The notes under the pieces are model-generated. The model had not been told where the DNA came from. It ran no database searches and saw only the letters and a program-made list of their open reading frames with translations. Below are positions 1-9,018 of a stretch of 32,000 nt of DNA, in pieces; positions within the stretch are counted from its first letter, which is position 1; each line of letters begins with the position of its first letter. Position numbers and translations under genes: made by a program. Origin of the DNA: Planctomycetaceae bacterium (GTDB lineage: Bacteria; Planctomycetota; Planctomycetia; Pirellulales; Pirellulaceae); assembly GCA_031411655.1 (NCBI GenBank), contig JANOBM010000247.1, positions 165,610 through 197,609 of the forward strand. Direction: 5' to 3'.

Positions 1-10
1 GATGGTGTCT

Positions 11-1798
11 TCATGAAGGCATTCGCAACTGAAGATTCGGGTCTGGACCGCGGAACGATATGTCATCAACACGACGTCCGTTAGCGAGAGGTGTCGATTC
101 GTTGTACCGACGATCGCCACTCGTCTTGAAGTAAACCTCGTCGAGGGTCGTGCGCCCGGCAATTACTTGTTCGAGACCGGCCATGCCCAATTCGACCATT
201 CCCGCTTCGATCGCCATTTGACGAAGCTTTGAATGGGGCAAACCCGACTCGATTGCCATCGTGATATTCGAGTTGATTGGCATGATCTCGAAGATCGGAA
301 TTCGTCCTCGGTAGCCGGTACCAAGGCACTTTTTACAACCTCGACCTTTGTAGAGCGTTTGCTGTTGAATCAGCCTGCGTTCTGGATCAATCGCTGCAAT
401 AAGATTCTGATTCGCTTCCACGGGTTCCTTACAGTGGTCGCATATCTGACGAAGCAACCGTTGGGCCACGCTACCCAGTAGTGCCCCAGCGATTTTGAAG
501 TTGTCTACGCCAAGGTCAGCCAACCTCTGCACGGCACCGACAGCATCATTGGTGTGCAACGTGCTGATCATGAGGTGACCAGTTAACGCTGCCTGGACCG
601 CGGTTTGTGCAGTTTCACTGTCGCGAATTTCCCCAACCATGATCACGTCGGGATCTTGCCGCATGATGAATTTTAACGCATTCGCGAACCCCATTCCGAA
701 TTCGTTATCGCTCTGTACCTGATTGACTCCGCTGAGTCGAAACTCAACAGGATCTTCAACGGTCACGATATTGCAATCTTCTCGGTTGAGGTGCTGTAGG
801 ATCGCATAAAGCGTTGTGCTTTTCCCACTGCCGGTTGGGCCGGTCACGACAAACATTCCGTGGGGCTTATCAACCGCGAGGCGAATTTGTTCTTCGGCGA
901 ATGGCGTTAATCCGATACGGTTCAGAGCAAAAGTTTTGTTCCCCTCATCAAGCAGTCGAAGGACCAGTTTTTGTCCATCGACAGTCGGAATCCCACTGAC
1001 TCGAAATCCGACTTTTTTCCCATTTTCAAAAATGGTTAAGTGACCATCCTGAGGACGACGGCTTTCGGTTGTGTCCATATCTGCCATCACCTTGATACGG
1101 CTAAGCAGCGATTCCTCGACGTGATTGGGAATCGTCATGACTTGTTGAAGTTCACCGTCAACCCGATAGCGACATCGCATTTCCGGCTTATGAGGTTCGA
1201 GGTGAATATCGCTGGCGTTAGCGGTTACCGCACCTGATAAGATCGCTTGAACAAGTCGAACCACCGGAGCATCGGTTTGGTCTGCGAATTCAGCGATAGC
1301 GACTGTTCCCTCTCCAGCTGCACTCGCCTCGCGAAGTTCCGCGAACTTCATGTCGATAATGGTTTGCCTGGCAACCGATCGATCGTCATAAGCACGAACA
1401 ATCAGAGATTGAATCTCTTCAGCTAAAGCGACAATCGGCTTGATTTCATAGCCGGTCATCAATTCGGCTTCCGCGATCGTTTGGATGTCATCCGGTGCGA
1501 CCATGGCAAGCATCAATTCGCCATGATCAACCGCAAATGCAGCACAACGTGTTGAGCGAGAGAAGTCTTCCGGAAGGAGTCGAGCCACTTGAGGGTCGAC
1601 TGTGCTGGCATCGACATCGACGTAGGGCACACCGAATTGTTCCGCAAGCGCCTTGCCCAACTGCTGAGTGCTAATGATTTGCTGACGGACCAGCCAGTCG
1701 CCAATCATGGTGCCGCGAGGCTTCGAACGAAACGCCGCTTCCATGCGATCAGGCACAAGTGCGCCTTGTTCAATGAGGATTTCACCGAGTTGGCGCAT
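11..1798 (-). CDS. Type II secretion / type IV pilus assembly ATPase, GspE/PilB family
   Basis: 595-aa ORF. N-terminal T2SSE_N/MshEN-like helical domain (...LAEQFGVPYVDVD). Walker A GPTGSGKST, Asp/Walker B box DPDVIMVGEIRD, His box LTGHLMISTLHTND. Tetracysteine motif CDHC...CKKC typical of GspE/PilB. Confidence 0.9.
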   Translation of the reverse strand: MRQLGEILIEQGALVPDRMEAAFRSKPRGTMIGDWLVRQQIISTQQLGKALAEQFGVPYVDVDASTVDPQVARLLPEDFSRSTRCAAFAVDHGELMLAMVAPDDIQTIAEAELMTGYEIKPIVALAEEIQSLIVRAYDDRSVARQTIIDMKFAELREASAAGEGTVAIAEFADQTDAPVVRLVQAILSGAVTANASDIHLEPHKPEMRCRYRVDGELQQVMTIPNHVEESLLSRIKVMADMDTTESRRPQDGHLTIFENGKKVGFRVSGIPTVDGQKLVLRLLDEGNKTFALNRIGLTPFAEEQIRLAVDKPHGMFVVTGPTGSGKSTTLYAILQHLNREDCNIVTVEDPVEFRLSGVNQVQSDNEFGMGFANALKFIMRQDPDVIMVGEIRDSETAQTAVQAALTGHLMISTLHTNDAVGAVQRLADLGVDNFKIAGALLGSVAQRLLRQICDHCKEPVEANQNLIAAIDPERRLIQQQTLYKGRGCKKCLGTGYRGRIPIFEIMPINSNITMAIESGLPHSKLRQMAIEAGMVELGMAGLEQVIAGRTTLDEVYFKTSGDRRYNESTPLANGRRVDDISFRGPDPNLQLRMPS

Positions 1799-1899
1799 GG
1801 TACCGGGAGCCTGGTTTAAGTACTTTCCGAATGGGAATTCAAATGTTTGCTGAGGCTATCGCAATGGTTCCATTGCGAGCGACGTAGGCAGTAAGATGT

Positions 1900-2298
1900 C
1901 TAGCGGCTTGAAAATGCATGCTCTTGCAGCAACTGGTGCACCTTGGCCTCAAGGACGGTTGGATCGAAGGGCGATACCAAGTAATCGTCTGCACCAGCGT
2001 GAAATGCTCGTTCGACTGTCGCAAGGCTGGGGTCAAGCGAGACGACCAGGACGGGTAGATCACGCTGTGGCCATTCATGCCGAATGCGTGCAAGCCACTC
2101 CAGGCCATCACCGTCAGGCAGCTTTGTATCCACGATGACCAAGTCAGGAAGCCGAAGGGTTAAAGCGGATCTCGCTTCGCTTCCGGTTCGCACAACCTGC
2201 ATGCCATAGCCGAGCAGTTGCAGGCGAAAGCCCATGATCTCAGCAAGATTTTTTTCTGGTTCGACCAGCAAAAGGTCGCCAAGGGTTGATGTTGACAC
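1900..2298 (-). CDS. Stand-alone CheY-like receiver domain protein (atypical active site)
   Basis: 132-aa ORF with receiver-domain layout: LLLVEPE..., PDLVIVDTKLPDGDG (phospho-acceptor Asp context), PVLVVS, GADDYLVSPF. The usual DD pair is EP, and the conserved Lys of the K-P-F motif is Ser. Confidence 0.8.
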   Translation of the reverse strand: MSTSTLGDLLLVEPEKNLAEIMGFRLQLLGYGMQVVRTGSEARSALTLRLPDLVIVDTKLPDGDGLEWLARIRHEWPQRDLPVLVVSLDPSLATVERAFHAGADDYLVSPFDPTVLEAKVHQLLQEHAFSSR

Positions 2299-2518
2299 TG
2301 AAGTTCTGGGCGGGAAGGAAGGGTGGGAGCGGTTCTGCGGATTAATCCGCCACCAACGCTTAGCGAAGATGGACCGATTCCAGAAACCCTACCACACGAT
2401 TTGTTGCCAGGCGCAAATTCGCTAGCAAGAAAGCTCTTCTTCACGGAGTGATTGCGTCCCATAACGCCGACCCAGCAATCGCCTTCCCTTTGTCCACCGG
2501 ATCACGTTGTGAATCGCA

Positions 2519-3769
2519 TCAATCGATGAACAGCGGCCGCATGTGCCGTTCATAAAGGTTTTCGGTTACCTGTTTTCCAACGATCGCCTCATTGATGCTT
2601 AGAAGGTCGGTGTAGCGACTGCCTGCCTTAGCCGCGACTTTGAACGAGACGTGTAGTAACTGACGCACATGGGCATTGAACGAAGGATGATTTGGAATGT
2701 GGCGTATCACACTGGCGATTTCGGGGCCGCTCCAGGAATTGAACTTTGTGGCGCTGGGTAACTTTGTCGGATCAATATCAATAACGCTTGCGTAGGGGGC
2801 GCAGAGTTCTTCAACGTGTGCTAACGCGTAGGAGTAGATCTCTTTCGTTAGCGTTAAACCATCACCACCCGCTTCTGCCAGGCCGATGAGTTCTTCTAGC
2901 CATGTGGTGCCTGCCGTTTTCAGATGAAGCCCAGCTCCCGTTCGACCAATCGCTCGACGGATGATCGGGTAGAGGCTGAACTTGTCGCTTCCGCTATGCA
3001 CGCTGAGTTTGAGGTTCGCTGGCAAACCGTATGAATGGATCGCATGTTGAATCACGGCAAGGTCGTCGTTGAACTCCTTCTCGAATTGATTTAAGTCACC
3101 AACGTAGTCCACTCCTTTGTTAAACCGACCGGTGAACTTGGGTGCAATGGTTTGAAGTCGGACACCTTCATCGGCGAGGGCGGCAAGAATGATTAAGAGT
3201 TCTGGCGGAGTCTGAGGAGCATCGGTTTCGTCCATCGAAACCTCCGCGATCATCTGTTCTTCATCTTTAGCCGTAGCGATGTGACGATAGATCGTGCCTG
3301 CTTCCTTGACGGCAAGTAGATACTTGGTCGCCACTCGTTCTACCTCTTCTCTGGTCGTGGTAAGCGCCCTGCTGACGCCGGGAACCGTCAGCGTACCGAT
3401 TAGTTCGGCGTGCCTGGCAATGAATGCGTCAACATCGGCGGTTGAGGCGGATTTTCCAATTGAATCGGCAACATCGATCGTAAAGAAATCGGAGCAGGAT
3501 AGAAAACGATCAACCGTATCAAGTCGGATGTGGTCGGCATCGACATGCCAACCGTGTTTCCAACCGAGTTGAAGGACGGCATTTCTTCCGGCATCGAACA
3601 CGCTCTGGGGTTCCGATCCGATGAAAGAATGTTCACGGTTGGACTTGTTCCATACGGGAACGACGTCGATTCCGTCGGCAGCAATCATCTCGAACGCACG
3701 CAACTGAGCCTTGGCTTGATGAGCGAAGCGGTCGCCTACACCAAATGAAAATCGTTCGAGAGTAAGCAT
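2519..3769 (-). CDS. uxaE: Tagaturonate/fructuronate epimerase-like protein (UxaE family)
   Basis: 416-aa ORF. Motifs HVDADH, VSMDETDAPQTPPE, VHSGSDKFSLYP, HLKTAGTTWLEE and VRQLLHVSF match my recollection of Thermotoga UxaE (TM0440) family signatures. Needs HMM confirmation. Confidence 0.6.
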   Translation of the reverse strand: MLTLERFSFGVGDRFAHQAKAQLRAFEMIAADGIDVVPVWNKSNREHSFIGSEPQSVFDAGRNAVLQLGWKHGWHVDADHIRLDTVDRFLSCSDFFTIDVADSIGKSASTADVDAFIARHAELIGTLTVPGVSRALTTTREEVERVATKYLLAVKEAGTIYRHIATAKDEEQMIAEVSMDETDAPQTPPELLIILAALADEGVRLQTIAPKFTGRFNKGVDYVGDLNQFEKEFNDDLAVIQHAIHSYGLPANLKLSVHSGSDKFSLYPIIRRAIGRTGAGLHLKTAGTTWLEELIGLAEAGGDGLTLTKEIYSYALAHVEELCAPYASVIDIDPTKLPSATKFNSWSGPEIASVIRHIPNHPSFNAHVRQLLHVSFKVAAKAGSRYTDLLSINEAIVGKQVTENLYERHMRPLFID

Positions 3770-3940
3770 GTTTTAACCCGTGCTGAGGCGGTGGCCGATG
3801 CCACCGTGACTGCTTATCGCGCCAAAGTCGAAGAGGAATTCCCAATTCGGTGAAACCCTGGGACGTTTGCGCGAAATGTTAGATGGAAATCCGTAGCAAG
3901 GCCAGTCGCGGACAAGGGGCATTGCTGGGGTTCGCCTCGC

Positions 3941-3950
3941 GGGGGGGGGG
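3941..3950. repeat. G10 (C10 on minus strand) homopolymer tract in the divergent uxaE/rpmI intergenic region
   Basis: Ten consecutive G read directly at 3941-3950, flanked by C on both sides. Lies 172 nt upstream of the uxaE start (3769). Confidence 0.95.
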
Positions 3951-4306
3951 CGCCTTAGGTTTGGCGGGAGAGCCATGTAGGACCAGTATGTAGGGCGGGT
4001 ATGCAGTCAGGAAGTCTTGTAAAACCCTTTCCTACTAGGACTTTAATGGCCGAGCGTCTGGGAAAGGTTTTGTCGCGGCTTTTAGCATTCTTTCGATGGC
4101 CTTTCGCCAAGAACGGCGACACAGTATAGTACCCGACCTGACTTCTTTGACGCTCATCCGGCGGCCTGCTGGTTGTTGTCGGTGGAGTGATTAAGGACGG
4201 GGTGTTTTGACGTATTTTCCGCAGGCAAGGTCTGCAGACTTCGAAACGATCAAGCGTGATCCCCCATCAATAGCCCGATTTGAAAATTTTGCGATAGCGT
4301 TTTGTC

Positions 4307-4528
4307 ATGACCAAAGCCAAAGCCAAGACCAAGATGAAGACCCACAAGGCCACCAAAAAGCGATTTCGCTTGACGGCCACGGGCAAAGCGATGCATCGAT
4401 CCGCCGGCACAAGCCACTTGGCAACCGGTTTGACGAAGAAGCGTCGCCGCAATCTGCGAGGAACGACCGCTGTCCATGATTGCATGGAAAAAACCGTTCA
4501 AAAGGCACTTGCCGGATACAGCAATTGA
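4307..4528 (+). CDS. rpmI: 50S ribosomal protein L35
   Basis: 73-aa highly basic ORF. KMKTHKATKKRF...SHLATGLTKKRRRNLR matches the L35 signature. Alternative start at 4334 (MKTHK...). Followed by rplT. Confidence 0.9.
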   Translation: MTKAKAKTKMKTHKATKKRFRLTATGKAMHRSAGTSHLATGLTKKRRRNLRGTTAVHDCMEKTVQKALAGYSN

Positions 4529-4663
4529 TCGCTGTTCGGTGTGTCTGAGTGAGTTCTTTTAATTACAGTTCGATTACCTAGTGCAAGTCGCATGGGCTGC
4601 AACGTCCGCTTTAACGCGGAGGCCTGATTGTGACACGCGCATTTTCGGTGGGAGTTCATACCG

Positions 4664-5044
4664 ATGCGTACTACCATTGGACACGCCAGAAGGCAGTCTA
4701 AGAAACGTCTTTTCAAAGCCGCTAAAGGTTTCCGCGGCGCTCGCAGCAAGCAATTGCGGACCGTCACCGAAACGTTGATTCGCGCCGGTCAATTTGCCTT
4801 CCGCGACCGCCGGGTTAAGAAGCGTGAATTTCGCAAGTTGTGGATCATCCGAATCAATGCGGCCGTGCACATGTACGATATGAAGTACAGCGACTTCATG
4901 CACGGATTGAAGTTAAGCGGGATTGAGTTGGATCGAAAGACGCTGTCTGAAATGGCGATTCACGATCTCGCTGCGTTCAAAACCGTCGTCGATCAATCCA
5001 AAGCGGCGCTTGCGGAAAAGGCTGCCGCGGCCCCGGTCGCCTAA
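4664..5044 (+). CDS. rplT: 50S ribosomal protein L20
   Basis: 126-aa ORF. RRQSKKRLFKAAKGFRGARSKQLRTVTE...FRDRRVKKREFRKLWIIRINAA is the canonical L20 sequence pattern. GGGAG lies about 9 nt upstream of the ATG. Confidence 0.95.
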   Translation: MRTTIGHARRQSKKRLFKAAKGFRGARSKQLRTVTETLIRAGQFAFRDRRVKKREFRKLWIIRINAAVHMYDMKYSDFMHGLKLSGIELDRKTLSEMAIHDLAAFKTVVDQSKAALAEKAAAAPVA

Positions 5045-5078
5045 ACTTGGACAACGCTTAAACTCCCGTTGCTTAGCG

Positions 5079-6104
5079 ATGTCCCTTCCCCAATTCCTCG
5101 CGGCACTCGATTCGCTCGAGACTGATGCGACCGCTGCGCTGCGGTCCGTTGATGATGCTGCGCGGCTTGAAGAAGTGCGAGTTCGCTTTCTGGGCGCGAA
5201 AAATGGCGTCATGCGGGATGTTCAAAAACAGTTGGGTTTAGTCGCTGTCGAAGACAAACCCGCTGCAGGAAAACGCCTCAACGAAGTCAAACAACTTCTG
5301 CAAACTGCGTTTGACGCGGCAAAGGAGTCGCTTGCGGCCTCGATAAGTGTCGTTTCCAACGGGCCATTACCGGATCCAACTTTGCCGGGTACGCCGCTGC
5401 GACTGGGTCGCTTGCATCCCGTGACACAGACGATCGAGCATTTAAAAGAGATCATGGGGCGGATGGGTTTTACCACTGCCGAAGGTCCTGAAGTCGAAGA
5501 TCCGTGGCATAACTTTGTTGCGCTCAACATTCCGGAAGATCACCCCGCGCGAGATCCACTGGACAATTTTTATCTGGCAACGGCGGGGGCCATCGGCGGA
5601 ACCGAAGTGGCGCGGCTGATGCGAAGCCAAACCAGTACGGTGCAGATTCGCGTGATGGAATCGACCAAGCCGCCGGTTCGGATCATCTCGCTCGGGCGTG
5701 TGTACCGCCCCGATGCCCCCGATGCGACGCACTTCCCTATGTTTCATCAAATGGAAGGGCTGTACGTTGACTCGCATGTCACGATGGCGAATCTAAAAAC
5801 GGTACTTCGGGTCTTCGCTAACAATTACCTTGGGGGCGACGTTGAAATTCGCTTTCGGCCCTCGTTCTTTCCGTTCACGGAACCGAGTGTCGAAGTGGAT
5901 TTCCTATGGAATGGTAATTGGATTGAATTCGGTGGGGCGGGAATGGTAGATCCCGCCGTTTTGACCGCCGTCGGCTACGACGCCGAGCAGACCAGCGGAT
6001 TTGCGTTTGGCCTGGGGGTCGAACGACTTTGCATGAGACGGCATGGTATCACGGATATTCGTGATCTTTTCAGCGGCGACGTGCGGTTTCTGAAACAGTT
6101 TTGA
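5079..6104 (+). CDS. pheS: Phenylalanine--tRNA ligase alpha subunit
   Basis: Class II aaRS motifs: HPARD, RSQTSTVQIR, FRPSFFPFTEPSVEVD, GAGMVDP, GFAFGLGVERL. The start is set at ATG 5079 (MSLPQF...) because the longer ORF from 4923 overlaps rplT. Confidence 0.92.
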   Translation: MSLPQFLAALDSLETDATAALRSVDDAARLEEVRVRFLGAKNGVMRDVQKQLGLVAVEDKPAAGKRLNEVKQLLQTAFDAAKESLAASISVVSNGPLPDPTLPGTPLRLGRLHPVTQTIEHLKEIMGRMGFTTAEGPEVEDPWHNFVALNIPEDHPARDPLDNFYLATAGAIGGTEVARLMRSQTSTVQIRVMESTKPPVRIISLGRVYRPDAPDATHFPMFHQMEGLYVDSHVTMANLKTVLRVFANNYLGGDVEIRFRPSFFPFTEPSVEVDFLWNGNWIEFGGAGMVDPAVLTAVGYDAEQTSGFAFGLGVERLCMRRHGITDIRDLFSGDVRFLKQF

Positions 6105-6149
6105 TTCACCTTCGGTCATCCGCGACGGGCGCGGCAAAAGGTTTTCACC

Positions 6150-8180
6150 ATGCTTGTCTCTTGGAAGTGGCTATCGCGGTACGTCGACTTGTCGATGCCG
6201 ATCGGTGATTTGGAAAACCGCTTAAGTTTGTCGGGTTTGAATCACGAGTCCACCGTCGCAATGGGTGATGACTTCCTGATCGATCTGGAGGTAACTAGCA
6301 ACCGTGGCGACTGCCTAGGGCACATCGGTGTGGCGAGAGAGATTGCTGTTCTCTATGACAAGGTGCTTCGCGAACCAATTATCGAACTCGCGGAACCAAA
6401 AGCTGCCAAACCAGCGGTATCGGTAGCGAACCAAATGCAGGATGCATGCGGCCGATATACCGCTCGTGTGATTCGAGGAGTTACCGTTGGGCCAAGTCCG
6501 CAGTGGCTTGCCGATTCGTTGCGCACGATCGGGATTCCGTCGATTAACAATGTGGTTGATGCGACCAACTATGTGATGATGGAGTGCGGACAGCCGCTGC
6601 ACGCGTTCGATTTCGATAAGCTTGCGGGAGGCCGCATTACGGTTCGTCCCGCAAGAGATGGCGAGACGATTGAAGCGATTGATCACCACACCTATTCACT
6701 CGATAGAACCATGTGTGTGATCGCGGATGCAAATGATGCGGTTGCCATTGCCGGGGTAATGGGTGGATCAGCTACCGAGGTTACCGATAACACTCGCAAT
6801 CTACTTGTCGAAGCAGCGATTTTTACACCGCTATCGGTTCGTCGGACTGCTAGGCGACTCAAGATTGCGAGTGCCTCGAGCTATCGGTTTGAAAGAAGAG
6901 TGGATCCTGTGGGTGTGGATTGGGCGAGTCGACGCGTATGCGATTTAATCATTGATTGTGGTGGTGGTGAACTTACGGGAGGTGCTGTCGATACGAATCC
7001 AGTGTTGCCTTCGCCGACGCAAGTGTTGCTGAACTACTCGCACATCAGTCGATTATTAGGAATGGATATCGATCGAGGCGAAGTGCTAAGAATCCTAACG
7101 GCACTTGGATGTCGCGTCGTTGGCGACGACGGTCCGGGCAAGCCAGCTATTCGGTTAGAGTCGCCGTCTTGGCGTCACGATCTTACTCGCGAGGTCGACT
7201 TAATTGAGGAGATCGCGCGAATCCATGGCTACGATAAAATCCCCGAAAATGATCCGATCGCCGTCGCACCAAGTGCAAAACGCCCATTTGATGTCGCCGT
7301 CGAAAAGGTTCGGATGGCAATGACGGCGGCAGGATTTTGCGAAGCGATGACTCCTAGTATCGTGACCGAGCGCACCGATTCAATGCTTAGTGCTTGGACA
7401 GATCGTCCCTCGCTTGCAACGGTTGCGGCGATGCTCGAAGGGGCAAGGAAACTCCGTCGCTCCCTCGCTCCTAGCCTGCTGCAAAGTCGTGCGGCCAACT
7501 GGGCTGCGGCCAGCGTGGAAGCCGATCTATTCGAGATCGCTCACGTCTACCTCCCTGGTCCAACGGATGCCGATCTGCCGGCGGAACAGTACACGCTTGG
7601 GCTCGTATCGGGACAAGACTTTTTCTTTATCAAGGGCCTGGTTGAAGCCATTGCCCAGAGGCTTGGGATCTCGTATGCCTTGCATTACGAGCCATCGCTA
7701 ATTTCAGGAATGGATCCTGACTGGTCCGTAAGAATCAAGCTGGGAAATCAAGTGATCGGTTGTCAGGGCGCCGTCGATTCAAAATGGTTGCGTGAAATGA
7801 AGCTTCCTGGAACCGTTATTGCTGCCGAGTTGTCGCTGGTCGCTTTATTGGATGTCGCACAGTTGGTGCCGAAGCAACGTGAGGTCAGTCCGTTTCCGTC
7901 CATCATTCGAGACCTTAATCTTGTAGTCGAGGAGACAGTGCGTTGGTCGTCGTTGGAATGTTCCGTTCGAGGTGCGGTGGGCGCCGAATTAGCCGCCGTT
8001 CATTACCGCGAGACCTACCGCGACACCAAACGAGACGGCGATGGACGCAAACGAATCCTGCTGTCAGTCGAGCTTAGAAAGCCCGACACGACGCTCACCC
8101 ATGCCGAAGCCGATTCATTGGTGAAAAACATTCTGGATCGCTGCGAACAAGAAGTCGGTGCCAAGCTACTCAGCTGGTAA
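6150..8180 (+). CDS. pheT: Phenylalanine--tRNA ligase beta subunit (short form lacking the B2/OB tRNA-binding domain)
   Basis: 676-aa ORF. N-terminal B1 (WLSRYVDL...), then directly LEVTSNRGDCLGHIGVAREIA (B3/B4 start). Also GVMGG, a B5 region and a C-terminal FDX-ACB-like domain (PSIIRDLNLVV...YRD). Immediately follows pheS. Confidence 0.9.
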   Translation: MLVSWKWLSRYVDLSMPIGDLENRLSLSGLNHESTVAMGDDFLIDLEVTSNRGDCLGHIGVAREIAVLYDKVLREPIIELAEPKAAKPAVSVANQMQDACGRYTARVIRGVTVGPSPQWLADSLRTIGIPSINNVVDATNYVMMECGQPLHAFDFDKLAGGRITVRPARDGETIEAIDHHTYSLDRTMCVIADANDAVAIAGVMGGSATEVTDNTRNLLVEAAIFTPLSVRRTARRLKIASASSYRFERRVDPVGVDWASRRVCDLIIDCGGGELTGGAVDTNPVLPSPTQVLLNYSHISRLLGMDIDRGEVLRILTALGCRVVGDDGPGKPAIRLESPSWRHDLTREVDLIEEIARIHGYDKIPENDPIAVAPSAKRPFDVAVEKVRMAMTAAGFCEAMTPSIVTERTDSMLSAWTDRPSLATVAAMLEGARKLRRSLAPSLLQSRAANWAAASVEADLFEIAHVYLPGPTDADLPAEQYTLGLVSGQDFFFIKGLVEAIAQRLGISYALHYEPSLISGMDPDWSVRIKLGNQVIGCQGAVDSKWLREMKLPGTVIAAELSLVALLDVAQLVPKQREVSPFPSIIRDLNLVVEETVRWSSLECSVRGAVGAELAAVHYRETYRDTKRDGDGRKRILLSVELRKPDTTLTHAEADSLVKNILDRCEQEVGAKLLSW

Positions 8181-9018
8181 ACCGAATAACCTCAAGATCA
8201 TGGAGTCGCCGAACGAGTGCCTGGGCGACCTCCGCCTCAGGTCCCAAGTAGGGCGAGACAATGAATCGTTTCGACGGAAACTCTTTTGCGACTTCGCTGA
8301 CTTGTTTTAGAATTGCTTGATAGAGGGCTCCTTCAAAAAGGAGGTGTGGCTGGACCACGATCGTTCGTATGGAATGATTCGTGGCCGCTCGGCGAAGGGC
8401 CACTGGCAAACGTGGATGGGCCATTGCGTAAAAGCCAGTATCGACGATTAAGCATGGGTGTTGCAGCGAGACCCAGTGGGTCAAAAGCTTCATGTCGGTT
8501 TGTGCACATGGGTCGAAGCTCCCTCGGCCGACCATGATGATGGCCGTTTGGTCCGCTGGGTCGATGACCTGCGAAAGGGAAGTGTCAAGCCGTTTGAGCA
8601 CAATCCGAAGCAGCTCAGGAGCGCGAGAAAGCGGTCGGGACTCGTGCCACGACATACAGCCCGATTCCGCCGCGCATTGATCCAGAGCATTTGGAATGTC
8701 CGACTTTGCGTGTCCCGCTGCAAAAAGTAGCAGCGGGGCTGCGAAAACTCTCGAGACGCCTCGGCTGCGCAGGGCTTCCCATCCCTCTCGAATGGTGGGA
8801 CTATGGAGCTCTAGCAAGCATGCTTCGACCGGCATAGGCGCCAGAAGCTGTCCCAGCCGATCTCCTAACTCAAAAAACTGGCGAGTCCCATCTCGGTCAC
8901 GTGTCCCGTGCCCAATCAGAAGCACACCATCGATTGGACCAACGGAGGCTGTTGGACCAACTGACGAAAGCTTACTTCCCAAAAAAGTCTGCCCGACCGG
9001 TTTGGGACTGGATGTCAC
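8170..9018 (-). CDS. cbiX: Sirohydrochlorin chelatase, CbiX/SirB family (two-domain long form)
   Basis: 282-aa ORF with duplicated chelatase halves: VLLIGHGTRDRDG in the first and IIMVGRGSFDP in the second. GTG start overlaps the upstream gene stop (GTGA at 9015-9018). Confidence 0.7.
   Translation of the reverse strand: MTSSPKPVGQTFLGSKLSSVGPTASVGPIDGVLLIGHGTRDRDGTRQFFELGDRLGQLLAPMPVEACLLELHSPTIREGWEALRSRGVSRVFAAPLLLFAAGHAKSDIPNALDQCAAESGCMSWHESRPLSRAPELLRIVLKRLDTSLSQVIDPADQTAIIMVGRGSFDPCAQTDMKLLTHWVSLQHPCLIVDTGFYAMAHPRLPVALRRAATNHSIRTIVVQPHLLFEGALYQAILKQVSEVAKEFPSKRFIVSPYLGPEAEVAQALVRRLHDLEVIRFTS

Noticed and set aside
3770-4306. Searched for an infC (IF3) gene or pseudogene upstream of rpmI, including non-ATG starts
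   Set aside because: No plus-strand ORF of 60 aa or more lies within the region (the only one in the track starts at 4207 and runs into rpmI), and no IF3-like peptide is visible. infC is simply not here.
4207-4508. Several 67-90-aa ORFs on both strands overlapping rpmI
   Set aside because: They are shadow frames of the lysine-rich L35 gene. Only the 4307 frame gives a recognisable protein.
4923-5078. 52-codon N-terminal extension of the pheS ORF overlapping rplT
   Set aside because: The extension is Arg/Ser/Pro-rich nonsense in the rplT alternate frame. PheS homology begins at MSLPQF (ATG 5079), 34 nt after the rplT stop.
8170-8180. 11-nt convergent overlap of the pheT and cbiX stop regions
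   Set aside because: The overlap is real in the sequence but is a common compaction feature. There is no evidence of function beyond the absence of a terminator between the genes.
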